Shown here one piece after another: positions 26,330-39,280 of a DNA stretch of 64,000 nt. The position numbers and the translations under genes are program-made. A model generated the notes under the pieces. It ran no database searches. It was not told where the DNA came from and saw only the letters and a program-made list of their open reading frames with translations. Positions within the stretch are counted from its first letter, which is position 1; the number at the start of each line of letters is the position of its first letter. Origin of the DNA: Lama glama (Eukaryota); NCBI GenBank assembly GCA_028534125.1, contig CM052817.1:65970001-66034000 (forward strand), written 5' to 3'.

Positions 26330-26700
26330 AGAGTAAATTTAGGTGCATTTTTCTCAACTAAAAGGAAAAATGTGAAGGCAGAAGACTGCATGTTCCTGTG
26401 GATAAGGGAAGATTTCCCACAGGAGGGACATTTAAGTTGAGACCCAAAGAGTAAGACTTGTTTGGGTCAAAGGGGAGCTTAACAAACTCCATGAAATACC
26501 AAGTATCTGTAAAGTCAGGGTGTAGAGAATAAGGGTTGAAAGGGCTCAGAGGGTGCTGGAGAAGAAAGCCGTCCTCTGGGAACCTGAGGCTATAAGGAGT
26601 TTGGATTCTATCCAAAGGGTGACGGGAAGCTATTGAAAGGTTTTGTGCAGGAGCAGGGGACAGATCGGTGGTGCAGAACTCTCTGTGTATGGGTCTCAAT
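26330..26700 (-). mobile_element. L2 fragment
   Basis: 'gggaagatttcccacaggagggacatttaagttgagacc', 'taaggagtttggattctatcc...gggaagctattgaaaggtttt'. Confidence 0.7.
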
Positions 26701-28989
26701 GAGGCAGGCATTCTATGAAAGAAAGAACTCAAACTTCTTCTCAACATGGAAGCTAAACGAAGCATGATATTGTACCAAATAAAGGAGCATTCCCTGTTAA
26801 GTTCAACTCTGAGTAAGAAATAAAATACATACTATGTATCTTTCTTTTTAATAACATTCATTTCAACAGCACACATACAGCAAAAGATTTCTGGAGATAT
26901 CCTACATTAGCGGCAGAACAGACCTGTATCTTGGACACACAGAAAACAAAATTCTAGTCATTGCCCCACTTTTGTTTGTTTAGCTGCAAAAAGATCTCTT
27001 GAACAAAGAGTGAGGTCAACAGAGAGAGTGTCAAAACATCAAGAGAGAGAGCGATCTTGTCAGAGCTTAATTAGGGCTTCCAATTAGAAAACCAAACTGA
27101 GGATCCTATTAGCACTCAGCTAGGCATTCTCCGTGATTTGGAAGAACCAAGCAGCACCCGCATCTGATCGAGCTAACAGAAAGGAATGTTTTACCTTTAT
27201 GGTGACCTCCTCCCAACGGACTTAGGCCAACAAAGACAGCAGTAAGAGAGTCACACTCTCAGAGCCACAGCGAAGAGAACCAGTATGTGCTCAGGCACAC
27301 TTCCTGCCGTTCTCCAAGTCTCCATCATTGCTCATTTCTGAATACTGGAACAGTCTGGACAATGCATGGCCTTGTCTGCTACTCTTTGAGACAAATTATT
27401 AAATAAAGCCCAAGGCTACTTTTAAGAGAAACAAAACTTGTAATACAGTCATAAAAAAGGAAATTTTCTACCTAACAATGAAACTAACTCAATTTTTTAC
27501 AGAGTACCATGTTTACTTGTAGATTTCATCTGTAGCATGAACACAGCTTGCCTGCCTCCCAGTTTTGAAGAAGAAATAGTTTCTTCCTCCTCTCCAAATT
27601 ATTTCGTGGTCACAGTGCTTTGGGAAGTGTGAATGGTCCTACTATTTAGTAAGGAAAAGTTCACACTGTTGAAATAGTCTTTGCTGTTCTGTACAAACTT
27701 TGGAGACCCCAGCCACGAGTAAACTTAAAAGAAAAATTTTCAAACCCAAAATCACATACCTAGTAACACAATTCTGACCAGAAAACTTACAAACAGGATC
27801 AAAATTTAAATTTGTCTCAACCATCAAGCTGCATATGGCTTATAATGGACAGGAATTTGGAAATGGTTCTTTTCCCAGGCTAGTGAAATGGTGGGGAAAA
27901 TAGTCTAAAGCTATGCTATCTGATAATAAAATTATTTTTTACGTGTCTAAAAGTCCTATGGCCTAGTTAGTAACATTCAAACGCCAATATCTTATCACAG
28001 AAATATAGAGAGACTGTATTTCAGAAGTCACTGGTTAGGGTCTCTCCCGGCACCATGACCCCAACTCTGGTTTCCTTCACCTCAATGAGAGATTCTCCAA
28101 CTGCTCGAGTGCTTCCCTTTCCTGATTTCTCAATATGCATGACATTTGTTCCACTTGGCACTGAGGTTAGCAAATGTAAAAGTCTTTCCTTCTCAGAGGA
28201 AATATTTTAAGATTCAATTTGACTTGCTCTATTAAAACGCACACAAACCATAAAAACAAAAAACATCTGCCTAAACCCACGGCAGAGAACTACCTCTCAT
28301 TCTTCCCCTCTGCATGACCCATACCCAGCACAGTGCTTGTCAATATGCTCAATAAGTGGCTGCAAGAACAGATAATAAAAGACTGCATGAACGTACGAAT
28401 GAATGGATGAGATTCACATACGCAGAACACCTTCACCGGGCCCTTTTTTTTGCCTGGTGAGCTCACGTAGGCATTTCTTTCTGTATCTTAGGCCTCAGAC
28501 TGGCTTCAAGAAAGAGAAAAAGGTCCTTCGTGTTTTGTGGCCTCATCTACTTACTCTTCTTTCTCAAGGGAGAGAAAGGCATTCCTAGACCAGGGAGGTA
28601 GCAAGGGATCAGAGAGAGGAAAGCCTTTACACTCACATCTTTGTTCAGCCAGGAGAGAGAGCTTCTTTCTCCTGGGAACAGATCCATTTGGCCCCAGGCT
28701 TCTAAGAGAAGGGATAATTACATGACTAATATAAAGAATTGTTAAGCTTAAATGATTCCTTTGTTGTAAGTTCCCACTTTGGGAAGCACATAACGACTTC
28801 AGTGCACTAAATGCCTCATTATTCCTTAAAGGTATATTAGATGCATTTTTATTTTAACTTGAAACAGACTTCGTTCTCGAAGCAGGAAGTATCTTTTAAC
28901 TCAAAATTAAATGCGGTGAAACAAATGCTGAACGAAAAATATCAAATTCATTAGACAACAGCTCTAATAATATCAATACTCTGACTAAC

Positions 28990-29190
28990 ACTAATGGCAG
29001 CAGCTAATATTTATTGAGCTCTTCTCATGGGCTGATAAGAACTATTCTCATCCTCACAGCTACCCTAGGAAGTGGGTAGGTACCATTATCGTACTCGTTT
29101 ACAGGTTTGGAAACGATGCCCAAAACTGAACAGCTAGGAGTCAGAATGAGGTTTAACACTCAGCCTGTCTCCAGTACCTGCTCTGTGTCC
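28990..29190 (-). mobile_element. MIR fragment
   Basis: 'gcagctaatatttattgagc...catcctcacagctaccctaggaagtgggt...ccattatcgtactcgtttacagg'. Confidence 0.75.
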
Positions 29191-31839
29191 CTTCTGTGGC
29201 TTTTCACAGGAAAACATGAAGCCTGCTTGATGGAAGCAAGAAGGATGACCAAAGACAAGCAATTATGGAATGGCTCCAACCACGGCATTAGTGAGTGGTT
29301 CTTTTCAGTGTGTGGTCAACCCCCAGTCTTCATTCAATTAACTTTCTGTATCAATAAACATTAATAATTGAAGTGATGACATTCGATTATGTCACAGACT
29401 TCTCCCACATTTCAACTAGTGTGGCCTTTTCCACCACCCAGGTCCCCAGGCCAAGCCTGAACACAGACACAGTAGAGATTAAAGAAAGAAAATCAGACTT
29501 GAAAGCTATTCTAAAGAAAATTCAGAAAAAGGTGGAGATAGGAAAACATACACTCCTGGGGCCAAAAAAACAAATCAATTTGGCTAGATGTCAAGGTTTA
29601 TGAAGGAGACTAGAAAACAGGTGGGTGTGGGCCAAACTGTGGGAGGCCTGAAACCAGCTTCTCCATTAAGACCGTTGAATTTATTTCTAAAACTAATATT
29701 AGGTGAGTCATTTCAGGTTTTAAACAGGAGATGAGGAATGCAAAACGGTATTTTAGAAAAATTAATCTAGCAGATTGAAAAAAAAGAATTAGAAGAGATA
29801 GAGATAAACCACAGGCAACCAGGCAGGAAATACCACAGCCCCTGAGCAATCACAGATTGAACATTCATAATTTCAACTTGTCCCAGGTGAGCTCCAAATG
29901 TTCTCATTTCTCATTTTTCTAGGGCACCGAGTTATGAGGTCGACTTGTGAAAGCAAGCTGTTAGCTAGCGCCGTCCTGCTTCTCAGTGGGGTTTGGTCTT
30001 TTCCCTTCCTAAAATGGGGTCCTTCAGTCTGTCTCACTAAGTGGAAGAGTGTATTTTCTTCATGTAAAATGCCTCCAAGTAAACCACAACTACAGATGTA
30101 GGATAAACCGTGAGTTACAGTCAGGAGCTTGGTGACTGAATTGTGAAAATTCTATACTTTCATCCCCTGGGAATGTCGAGGCATTTTGTACTTGCCACGT
30201 TCCAGGTGTTGGCTTCAAGAGGAAGGCAACAGAAAAGTTAAGGAGAAAAGGGAAACAAGATATCAGAACAGGAGTGAAATGGTAGCACGCAGTGGCTGAC
30301 TAGGGATGGGGGATGAGGGAAAAGAAGAAATCAAGACCAGCTTTAAAGTTTTAAGGCCAAGAGACAGGGAGCATGTTAGTGCCCTTGAGTAGAAATACAT
30401 CCTAAAGGGAACCTAGGACCTAGGAAAACATAGCAGGTGTCTGTGGGTGCTGAGTAAAGATCTTACAGGCTGATTGAAGGGAACTCTTATCTGGAGGAAG
30501 AGAAGCGACCTGGATAATTTTAGGGCTCTCTGAAATGCATCCTGGAGAAAGATGTGGTGTTTATCTAATACTCCTTTCTTCTGCTCTTTTAATGTTGCAG
30601 AATTGGGGCACTCCAATTTCTTGATTTCTCAAATCAAAATTGTACAATTCTCTTATTTCTGAACACACTTTATAAGTCCCAAGTAGTCTCTTGACAGGCA
30701 CAAAACTCCCAGTTTTCAAGATCAGTTTCCAGGTAGTTCTACTTTGCATCAGTCTCTAAGGGCTACCGGGGGTAAGCTGTGGGCATCTGCACAATGATCT
30801 TGATACACAACATCAATGGAGAGAGAAAAGGCCACTGGTGAAGTAACTTTACTGATTAATCTTTGGTCTTGGTTTTGCAAGAAGAGCTTCAGGGTGACAA
30901 ACATTCTGTGAAATAATGAAAGTTAGATATAAACCAAGAAGGTACAAAGGCATAAAAACCTGGTAATTGCTGAGAACTCAAACTGAGAGAATTATTCACA
31001 ATGACAGAGAGTCATTATCTCGGTGTCCCCTGGCCCGGCTCCTGGGGGATCCACTGGCCTCATCCATATTCCCCACGGGAAGCAGCAGCAGCTCTAGGGA
31101 GGATCAGCAGTGAACAGAGAATGTGTTACATGCAAATTGTTATTTCAGACGGATCAGAATGGGGCCTAGTGAGAAGAGAAAAGGAGAGGGCAACGTGCAT
31201 TAGGAACATTTTACAAAAAGGACTTCAGAGGACAGGAATTTTTTTCATTTAAAAAATTTTGGAGATTCAGATGTAAAATGGATGTTGAAAGCAACTGTGC
31301 ATTAAGGGGGCTCGCCTCTTAGTTTCAATACTGGGGGCTTTGGAGCCTCTGCACACCATATGCTAATTAAATAAGATGTCTGAGGAGAAATAATGAGAGC
31401 AGTTAAAGGTAGGGTCTGCGCCTCGGTGACTTCACCAGCTGCCTCTGCTCTGACTTCCTGGAGCAAGTGCTCAATAAATAATGTTGAAATGAACCAGCTG
31501 ATTGTAACAGTCTATAACTAAATATCAAAACCTGCAAGTTCTATAACAAAACTGCAGTTTACTACACATAGGGAAGCTTTGTTACTCAAATGTTCGATGT
31601 AACTGAGTATACAAATTAGGGAAAGTATTTCAATCAGCTGAAAAGTTAATTCGCCTCTCAGTAATATTTGCTAAGTACTCTTTATCAATAGCATCCAATA
31701 GTTAATATTTATCAATGTTTAATTTTCACACTACTTAAGATACTCTATTTTATGAATGGAAAAAAAAAACTAAGGTGCAAAATGGTTAAGAAATTTAAAT
31801 CACAGCAATATTATCTGGTTTAGTTTACTCTGGGGATTG

Positions 31840-32010
31840 GCTCATTTAATCCTCACAATTGCCTAAGGAAGTTCCTATTATTATTTTCATTATGCAGATG
31901 AGAAAACTGAGGGTCTGAGTTTCAGGTAACTGCTCCGCACTGGTAAGGCCAATGAGCACTACAGTTAGCCAAGATGTGGACCAATCCTGGCTGCCTGGCC
32001 CCAAGGCCCG
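31840..32010 (-). mobile_element. MIR fragment
   Basis: 'ctcatttaatcctcacaattgcctaagga...tattattttcattatgcagatgagaaaactgaggg' is the MIR core. Confidence 0.85.
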
Positions 32011-33163
32011 CAGAGAGCTCACGAGTAGGGGCAAGCTGGAACTAGACAGCAGGCATCCTGATTCGGAAGTCAGTTTCCTCCTCATGCACCACGCCGACCC
32101 AAGCAGGTACCCTGTGGTTTCCTCCCTCTCGTGGCCCTCAACCCCACTCGCCCACTGACCCACCCCTCCCACTCCAGGATAAGAACAGTGGCTGGCCCAG
32201 ATTTCATCTGGATTTATATTATCTCAGGGGAAGAGATCAGGGATTTTACAGTAATCCGACTCTTCCACTCCAAACAGAGAGCTTTAGTCTTGTGATAGGT
32301 TTTTAACCAGACGTTGTTGCTTTTTTGTTTTCTGTTTTTTCAATTCAGTGAACAAGATTGGCTTTCTTTCTAATATCAATAGAAAGACAGCTTTGTTTAT
32401 TAATGGTCAATAATGGTCTAAGTGGAGAGCTATATTTTTATTACATAAAATGGATTCAGAAAACCTCACAATACTTCTAGTCTTAAAATTATTCCTACAC
32501 TATGTGATATATTGTCACTATTTTAAAAATTCACAGAACAAAATTTAGTCTTATTGCAGGACTGCATAATTCCAGAAATAAATCTTTCAAAATATACACT
32601 TTTGGATGTAGGGCTAATTCTAAAATAGGTATCAACCAGGACTGCCTTTTTCTGCATTGCTCCAGATACCTGAAATACATACATCAAAACCATCTGTACA
32701 CAGAAATGGGGCCACTGCTCGGGGCAGTATTCTTCTTAGAGTTACAAAAATTGGAGCTGTCTATAAAATATTCTGTCTGGTTCTTATTGACAATAGCCTG
32801 ACAGAAAAAAATATTCATATATGCATGGTTACAATAATCGATAGGCAAAGGTGACAGCTACCTTTGGAAAGTAGCAGAGGAAAACGTAATATAGAAAGTA
32901 GAATAGAAAAGTGCGATTGGCCCATGCCTGTTACATTCCACACTCTATTCTGAGCTGCTGTGTGCCATAGAATTTAATAATGTGGTAACCAGAAACCTAC
33001 AAAGCAAGCGCAGTGATAAAGCGGCTAACAAAAATCAGCAGTACCCATATTTCTACATGGAAAACCCACTGGTGAAGACCATGAATAATAAATACTTCTC
33101 ATCCTTACAAACAAGGTTTGGTTCACTTTATGCAAATAACTTACTACTTCTGCCCCAAGTTTT

Positions 33164-33253
33164 CTGTCTTTTAAAGTTTTTCTTTCCTCAGCTTTATTGA
33201 GGTATAACTGTCAAATAGACATTGCATTCTTTAAGATGTAAAAGATGATGTTA
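33164..33253 (-). mobile_element. Very short L1MA-type 3' end with 11-bp TSD
   Basis: 'cagctttattgaggtataactgtcaaata' is the reverse complement of an L1M 3' terminus. TSD ccccaagtttt at 33153-33163 and 33254-33264. Confidence 0.8.
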
Positions 33254-33289
33254 CCCCAAGTTTTTCATCTCAAGAAGCAGAGGATGCTG

Positions 33290-33462
33290 TAAGTGTAATC
33301 TATGCACCAGATTTCAAATCTAATGTGGGGAAAAAAAAGAATGTAAAGTGTCTCAATAATTTTTTATATTCAAAAAATAATTTTTTATATTGCTTACATA
33401 TTAAATGACATTATTTGGGATATGTTGAGTTAAATTAAAAAATATTTTTTAATTAAAAAAAA
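33290..33462. mobile_element. MER3-like (hAT-Charlie) internal fragment ending in an A-run
   Basis: 'gtaagtgtaatctatgcaccagatttcaaa...aaaagaatgtaaagtgtctcaataattttttatatt...aaatgacattatttgggatatgttgagttaaa' resembles the MER3 interior. No TIRs are present. Confidence 0.75.
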
Positions 33463-35509
33463 GGAGCAGGGGAATGGCCAACATGATTTCTTCACTTTCT
33501 TTGAACTTTAATATTCATCAACCAGATCAAAAAATGTCTCCAAATTTATGTACAAATAAAACATGTTAAATGCAAAGAAAAAGCTCACTAAAAGCTAACT
33601 ACAGTAAATTCTTGAGAAGCAAAATATTTCTTGCAAAATAATTAATGACCCCCCTTGTGTTTCTGTGAAACCAGATTTTTACTTGGGTTTCCTAAAACAG
33701 CCACATCAACCTCTCGAGCAGCAAACATCTTTGACATAGAAAAAGATGGTGGCACATTTTTGATTTTCAGAAATCAACAGCCATTTCTGATTTTTGCATA
33801 TCCAGAGTGTATTAGTTCTTTAAAAATTTTTTTTCTAATCTGAGAAATGAAAGTGTTCTTCAGAATATGTATGTGAGTGAAAGTTTCCACACAGATAATA
33901 AGGGGGCAGGTTTAAGGAATACAGAGGACATGAGCTCTGGAAATTTAGGTCTGCTAACATAAGAGTAAGTCTGAATCCTTGTTAAAGTTCAAAATAATGA
34001 CTTTGATTTCAAGGGTTTCTTTTCCTCCCTTATAAAAAGAAATAGAAATCTTTTCATTGATTATTTGAACACACCCTCCCAACACACATACCACCATCAC
34101 AATGAATTCAATCACCCACGAGTCCTTTCACTAGGTGCTATAATACGGTATAATACATTATGTATTTTCTCCAGCTATATTTTTGGTAGTTAGTGAAATT
34201 AAACAGATTGCCTTAGTGATGCTATGGGAACATTCATCAGATGGGAAGGGGCTGGTAGTCAGCTGTCTGTTGCCAAATGGGAAAGGATTCATTAGTTCTA
34301 GAAGACTGCCAGTCCCAAGAATTATTTAAATATAGACATTAAGGAAAAATGCTCAACTGACAATCTGTTTACACAATCCTAAAATCTCCTTTAACAACAT
34401 AAAGGTGAGAGCTGTGGAAATCCTACAATACTTGGTGTAAAGGATTCTGAACAAATTTAACTACAGTGGCAAATTTCTGAAGAATCTAGGAAAAGGAACA
34501 GATGGCGTTAGGATGTAAGAGAAAACTCATTTGCTCCCAAAAGAACAGGGAAGCCAGTGTCTTCACCAGCACACCATAATAGGAGCTGCTCTGAAGCAGG
34601 CAAGCTCATCTCTCTCCTGGGCAAAAGCCTGCACTTGGCTATGCATGCATTCTGCAGGAAAATGCTACCTTTACAGTCCACATCTCTTCAAAAAGAAAAA
34701 AAAAGGGCAAAATATATCAGTTAGCAAAACAACAGATTTCTATTCCTTTGACACTCTGCAGAAAATAAATGAATGGGAAGCCCAAGAATCTGCTATTTCC
34801 AGAGTCGCAATGGTTTGTGAAAATGGCTGCTGCCCTGGGGGGCAGGGGAAAGCACTCTCAGGAAAATACATTAAGTTTCAGGAGGCTCTATTAGGTGGAG
34901 TAAGTTCTTTATCACAGCTCTATTCAGTGAAATAAGAAAACATCAGAAGTCCACAGACATTGACAAGCATTTCAAAAATTAATTTTAATTAGATCTATCA
35001 GTTAGGGAAAACAATAAAAACAATGGGGCAAATCCAGAATGTGAATTAATGTTGGTAGGATTAGTAATGCAGAAAGGACAATGAGAAATGGATTCCAAAT
35101 CAACCATCTACAGGGAAAAACAAAAACAAAAACAAAAACTGGCAGCTGAATTATTTCCCTGCTTCCTATACATTGAAACGAGAGGAAGTAAAGAAACTAA
35201 TTAACTTCTCAGAGCCTGACCACTTGGGCTCTACTTTCTGGTCAGTCATGAGCCACGTGACCTTGAGCAAACCATTTAGCCTCGGTTTCCTCAGTTTGCT
35301 CTATGACAGAGTGAAAGGACTGATTCCGGAAGCTCTCACGTGGAGCGTGTGGAAGAAGCACTTGGGGTGCGTCTGTGAGGAATGCAGACGCTGATACCCC
35401 AGGGATTCCACTTCCACACGCAAGGTGCCCAGTGAACCTGCGCTTCACAGGACTCTGTCTAGTTCTGAAGCAAGTGGTCCCTGAAACCCACTTCTGTTCA
35501 TTCAACAAA

Positions 35510-35775
35510 AATGATCTGAATGCCCCTGCTCCACGGATCTCCTGGGCTACCTACCTCCTCACCTATTTCAAATCTGCTCAAATCCCTACTTCTCAAGGAG
35601 GCTTCTTCTAACTACCCTTTTATTAATGCCTCCTGCTCTCACCCTGACACTCCCTTAGCCCACTCTACTGTTTCTATTTCTGTGCTGCTTATCACCTTCT
35701 AACATTCTTTATTAACTTGCTTATGTAACTTTGGTGCATTTATTGTTTATGTTTCGTTTCCCACTAGTAAGACTG
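35510..35775 (+). mobile_element. L2 3' fragment
   Basis: 'cctcctcacctatttcaaatctgctcaaat...cttctcaaggaggcttc...cttatcaccttctaaca...tttcccactag'. Confidence 0.75.
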
Positions 35776-38019
35776 TAAGGAACTCCTCTGCATGGTTTCC
35801 TGTCGCACCCCCTTCCTTCTTCCACAATTCTCTTTGCATAATCGCAAATTCTTTCTCCCAAACATCTCAGGTTGGGGATTCAACAACATGAAATAATGCC
35901 ATTTGTTAATATAGAGTACATAATTATCCTCCGTGCAAATAGTTAGTTATTTGCTATGTTAATTCTCAAACATACAATCTTTCAGGCAGCCACAGGAACA
36001 TGAATTCAGCACCCATCCACCCCCTACTTAATGTGCTTTATGTAGTACTTAATCTTTTGTCCAGTCAGGTTTAATTCTTAACTTTTTAAAATTTGATATT
36101 AAGCCCTTTTCTCATATTACTTTATCCCAAAATAAGAAGAAAAGTTCTTAAACATCTAAAGTTGCTTTGTTCTTTGATATCCATACTCTCTAAGCTATCC
36201 AAAAAATACAAAACGTGTATGTACATCAACAAAAATTTAGCTGCTCTCAAGATGACTGGCCGTACATGTGCACAGAGCAGTCCTTTATGAGACAGTGGGC
36301 ATTTGTACATTAAAATAAAAGGAATTTATCAAGTAATATGATTGAAATATACTTAAACTGACATTGGTTTTTTTTTTTCGTAGTGACAGCCAGGCTCTCT
36401 ATCATCTCTCCATGTGCTCTCCTTATTAATGACAACACAATAAACAATTTCTATGTTAAATAACACTCGTCTCACCTGGTTAATTAAGAGAAAGGTAGAT
36501 GGATGATACAATGATAGAAGGAACAAAGATAGAAGACTGCAGAGTTGGTAAACTAGTTAAGTAAAATTTCAAAACTTAAGTTTGGGGAAGGGGGTGATAA
36601 GAATACAACTGGGTAGAAGCTGGAACACATATTAATTTAGCAGATTAACTGAACTTGACTGTGCATACATATTCTGCCTTTGAGGTATTTTAGGATAAGA
36701 TATACACAACAAACATTTAGACCACTTAAGGAAGCACTCCTAGGCAAAGAAAGTCCTCTCACTGCAGGCAATCAAACACCAACATAGTCTCTTCCAGACT
36801 CAGCTGAGTTCTTCCTTTCACCTCCATCAATCATACCTTAGCTTTTTTGAAGTATGCAGTCCGATGGTGTCTCCTAACCCATTTTTGTGCCCAAATAGCA
36901 TAGCGCTGCCCCACTGGAGGAGTACAGTGCACTGTTCCTCCAACCCAACCCAGCACATTTTCATCTTGCAAAACTCAGTCTCAATAAAGACATTCCATGT
37001 TTATTGATTTTAGCCAATTCTTTTTGCTTCCTAATGACATTTTTCCCTGAACACACTCTTTCCTCCAGAGAAGAGCTGAACAAGAGAAGAAAAGAGAAAA
37101 AACACTTCTGAGTTCATCTTCTTATTGCTGAGGTCGTATTTACAAGGGGCAGGCTCCACGGCACGCCACTCATCACGTCCCGCGTACCACCACGAGCCCA
37201 CATCGTGCAGCTCATTTTTTTAGAGACTATGTTCCAAGATTTTGGATTCTCACATTGGTCGTTCCTTTCTACTAAGTCAATCATCCCAAAGTACCCAGCC
37301 CATCATTTAAAAGATGGATAAAAAGATCTTACACCTCTAAGATCCCTAAGCAACATTAATAACATGAACATGTTTATTGACTGCTGCTACGTTTTAAATT
37401 TCCTTAAGGTACATTAATACACTTGAGCACCTGCTACTATATTGTCTCTAAGCCAAAACACTGATTTGACTTATTTACCTTGTACTGTTGATGTTAATAA
37501 GAACTAGATTATTAGAGAACAATTAGACAATTTTAAAAATTGAAATAATAGCCCAGGGCCAGTCTCACTCTTTCTTGCCTCTCCTTATTAATTATACCTG
37601 CAACTGAACATTTTAACCTGAATTCAAGACAAAATTAAGTGAAAAAAATGATTTGCCTTAAGTCAAACTCTGAAGTCCCTTGCTTTCAACTGACTATGTT
37701 ATTTAGAGGATCATTAATTGAAGGAAGTGGGACAAATGCTAAAGCACATTTATGTAGGGGAAATAATTTGTTAGGTTCTATGCATGGCAGTCATTGTGAG
37801 GAAACTGAGAAGCCACAGTGTTTACTGGGCAACAGAGGTGATGATTCTTGTCATCACTGCAGGGGATCTTGGTAACTTAAGAGCAAACTGCTTCTGGATG
37901 CACATAGAGAAGCATGTCATCTGGGATAAGTCCCAGCCACATGGTTACCAGACAGTCAGTTTTGTTCAGCTGGATAGCTCTGATATTAAACATCAAAGAA
38001 GGGTTTGGTAAATATGTAA

Positions 38020-39280
38020 GTCATTATTCACTGAGTGCACAAGTATCTACAAAGAACCACGCATATTCCAGATACTATTCTAGGCACTGGGAACAGAGTA
38101 ATGAGAAAAGAAATTAAATACTCCTGCTTTCCTTGAGCTTACATTCTAGTGAGAAAGAGAGATAATAAACAAAATAAAAACTGAGCTACAAAGTGTATCA
38201 TTGGATAAGTGTAATGGAGGAAGATAAGAGCATGATCGCAAGCACCTGAGAGGCGGTGAGTGGGGGCGGATAGGAGCCCCACGTTCTATAGGGTGGTCAG
38301 AGAAGGTCTCGCTGAGAAAGCAACTTCTGAGCAGAGACACAAAGGAGGGGAGGACTGGATGGAAATATGGCCTAAGGGTACTCCAGCGAGGACAGAGCAT
38401 GGGTGAGGAACAGAAGGGAGGCCAGCATGGTGGACCTGAATGTATGAGAAGGAGAGGAGTTGGAGATGTAATTAAAGAGAAACATGAACAGGAAGGGAGA
38501 GGAGTCCTCATCTGTAAAGCCTTAAAAGATGAAGGCAGGCACTTGTCCCTTAGCCTCCCCCGGCAGTGGGAAGGGACTGAGCAGGAGAGTAGTAGGATCC
38601 TACTTACGTTTTACCAGGACAACAATGACTGCTGAGTTGAGAATGCAAAGCAAGGGAGAAGCTGGAGAACCTTAGACAGGGGCCACTGCAGCAGTCAGTG
38701 CCAGGTCAGGGCACGGCAGGTCAGCCCAGGCCAGGGCAGAGGTGGAGGGGATAAGACATGATCAAATCTGAGCATGCTTTAAAGACAGAGCCTACACAGG
38801 ACATGAAAGGAATACGACAGAAATATAGTTGTTGTGTACCAAGGACAGTAGGAAGAGCAGATTTATGAAGGAAGGTCAGGAGTGTGGTTTCGGACATGCT
38901 TACATATGAGATGTCTCTTACACAGATAGCCGGAAATAAGTAAGCCGTTAGAAATATGAGGTTGGCCTTAGAAGAGAGGTCTGGGCTGGAGACGCAAATA
39001 TTTAGGAAGCATTCGACCGAGGATGGCTTTGAAAGCAAGAGAACAGACAAGGTGTCTGAAGGGAGTACCTGAAGAGAGGGGAGAGAAGCAGTCTAAGGAA
39101 GAAAGCTTGAACACTCTTAAGAGGAGGGAGAACCACCAAGGAGACTAAGAAAAAGTGGCTGTGAGTTAAGGGCAAAACAGAGAGTGAGCAGACTGAAAAC
39201 CAAGTGAAGAACATATTGGAAGGAAAAGGGAATGTCAACTTGCCGAGAGGTCCAAAAAGAGAAAAACTAAAAATTGGCTA
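38020..39280 (-). mobile_element. Long L2 segment
   Basis: 'tactattctaggcactgggaacagag', 'ttgagcttacattctagt', 'gtggtcagagaaggtctcgctgagaa', 'gaggccagcatgg', 'gagaggtctgggctggaga'. Confidence 0.88.
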
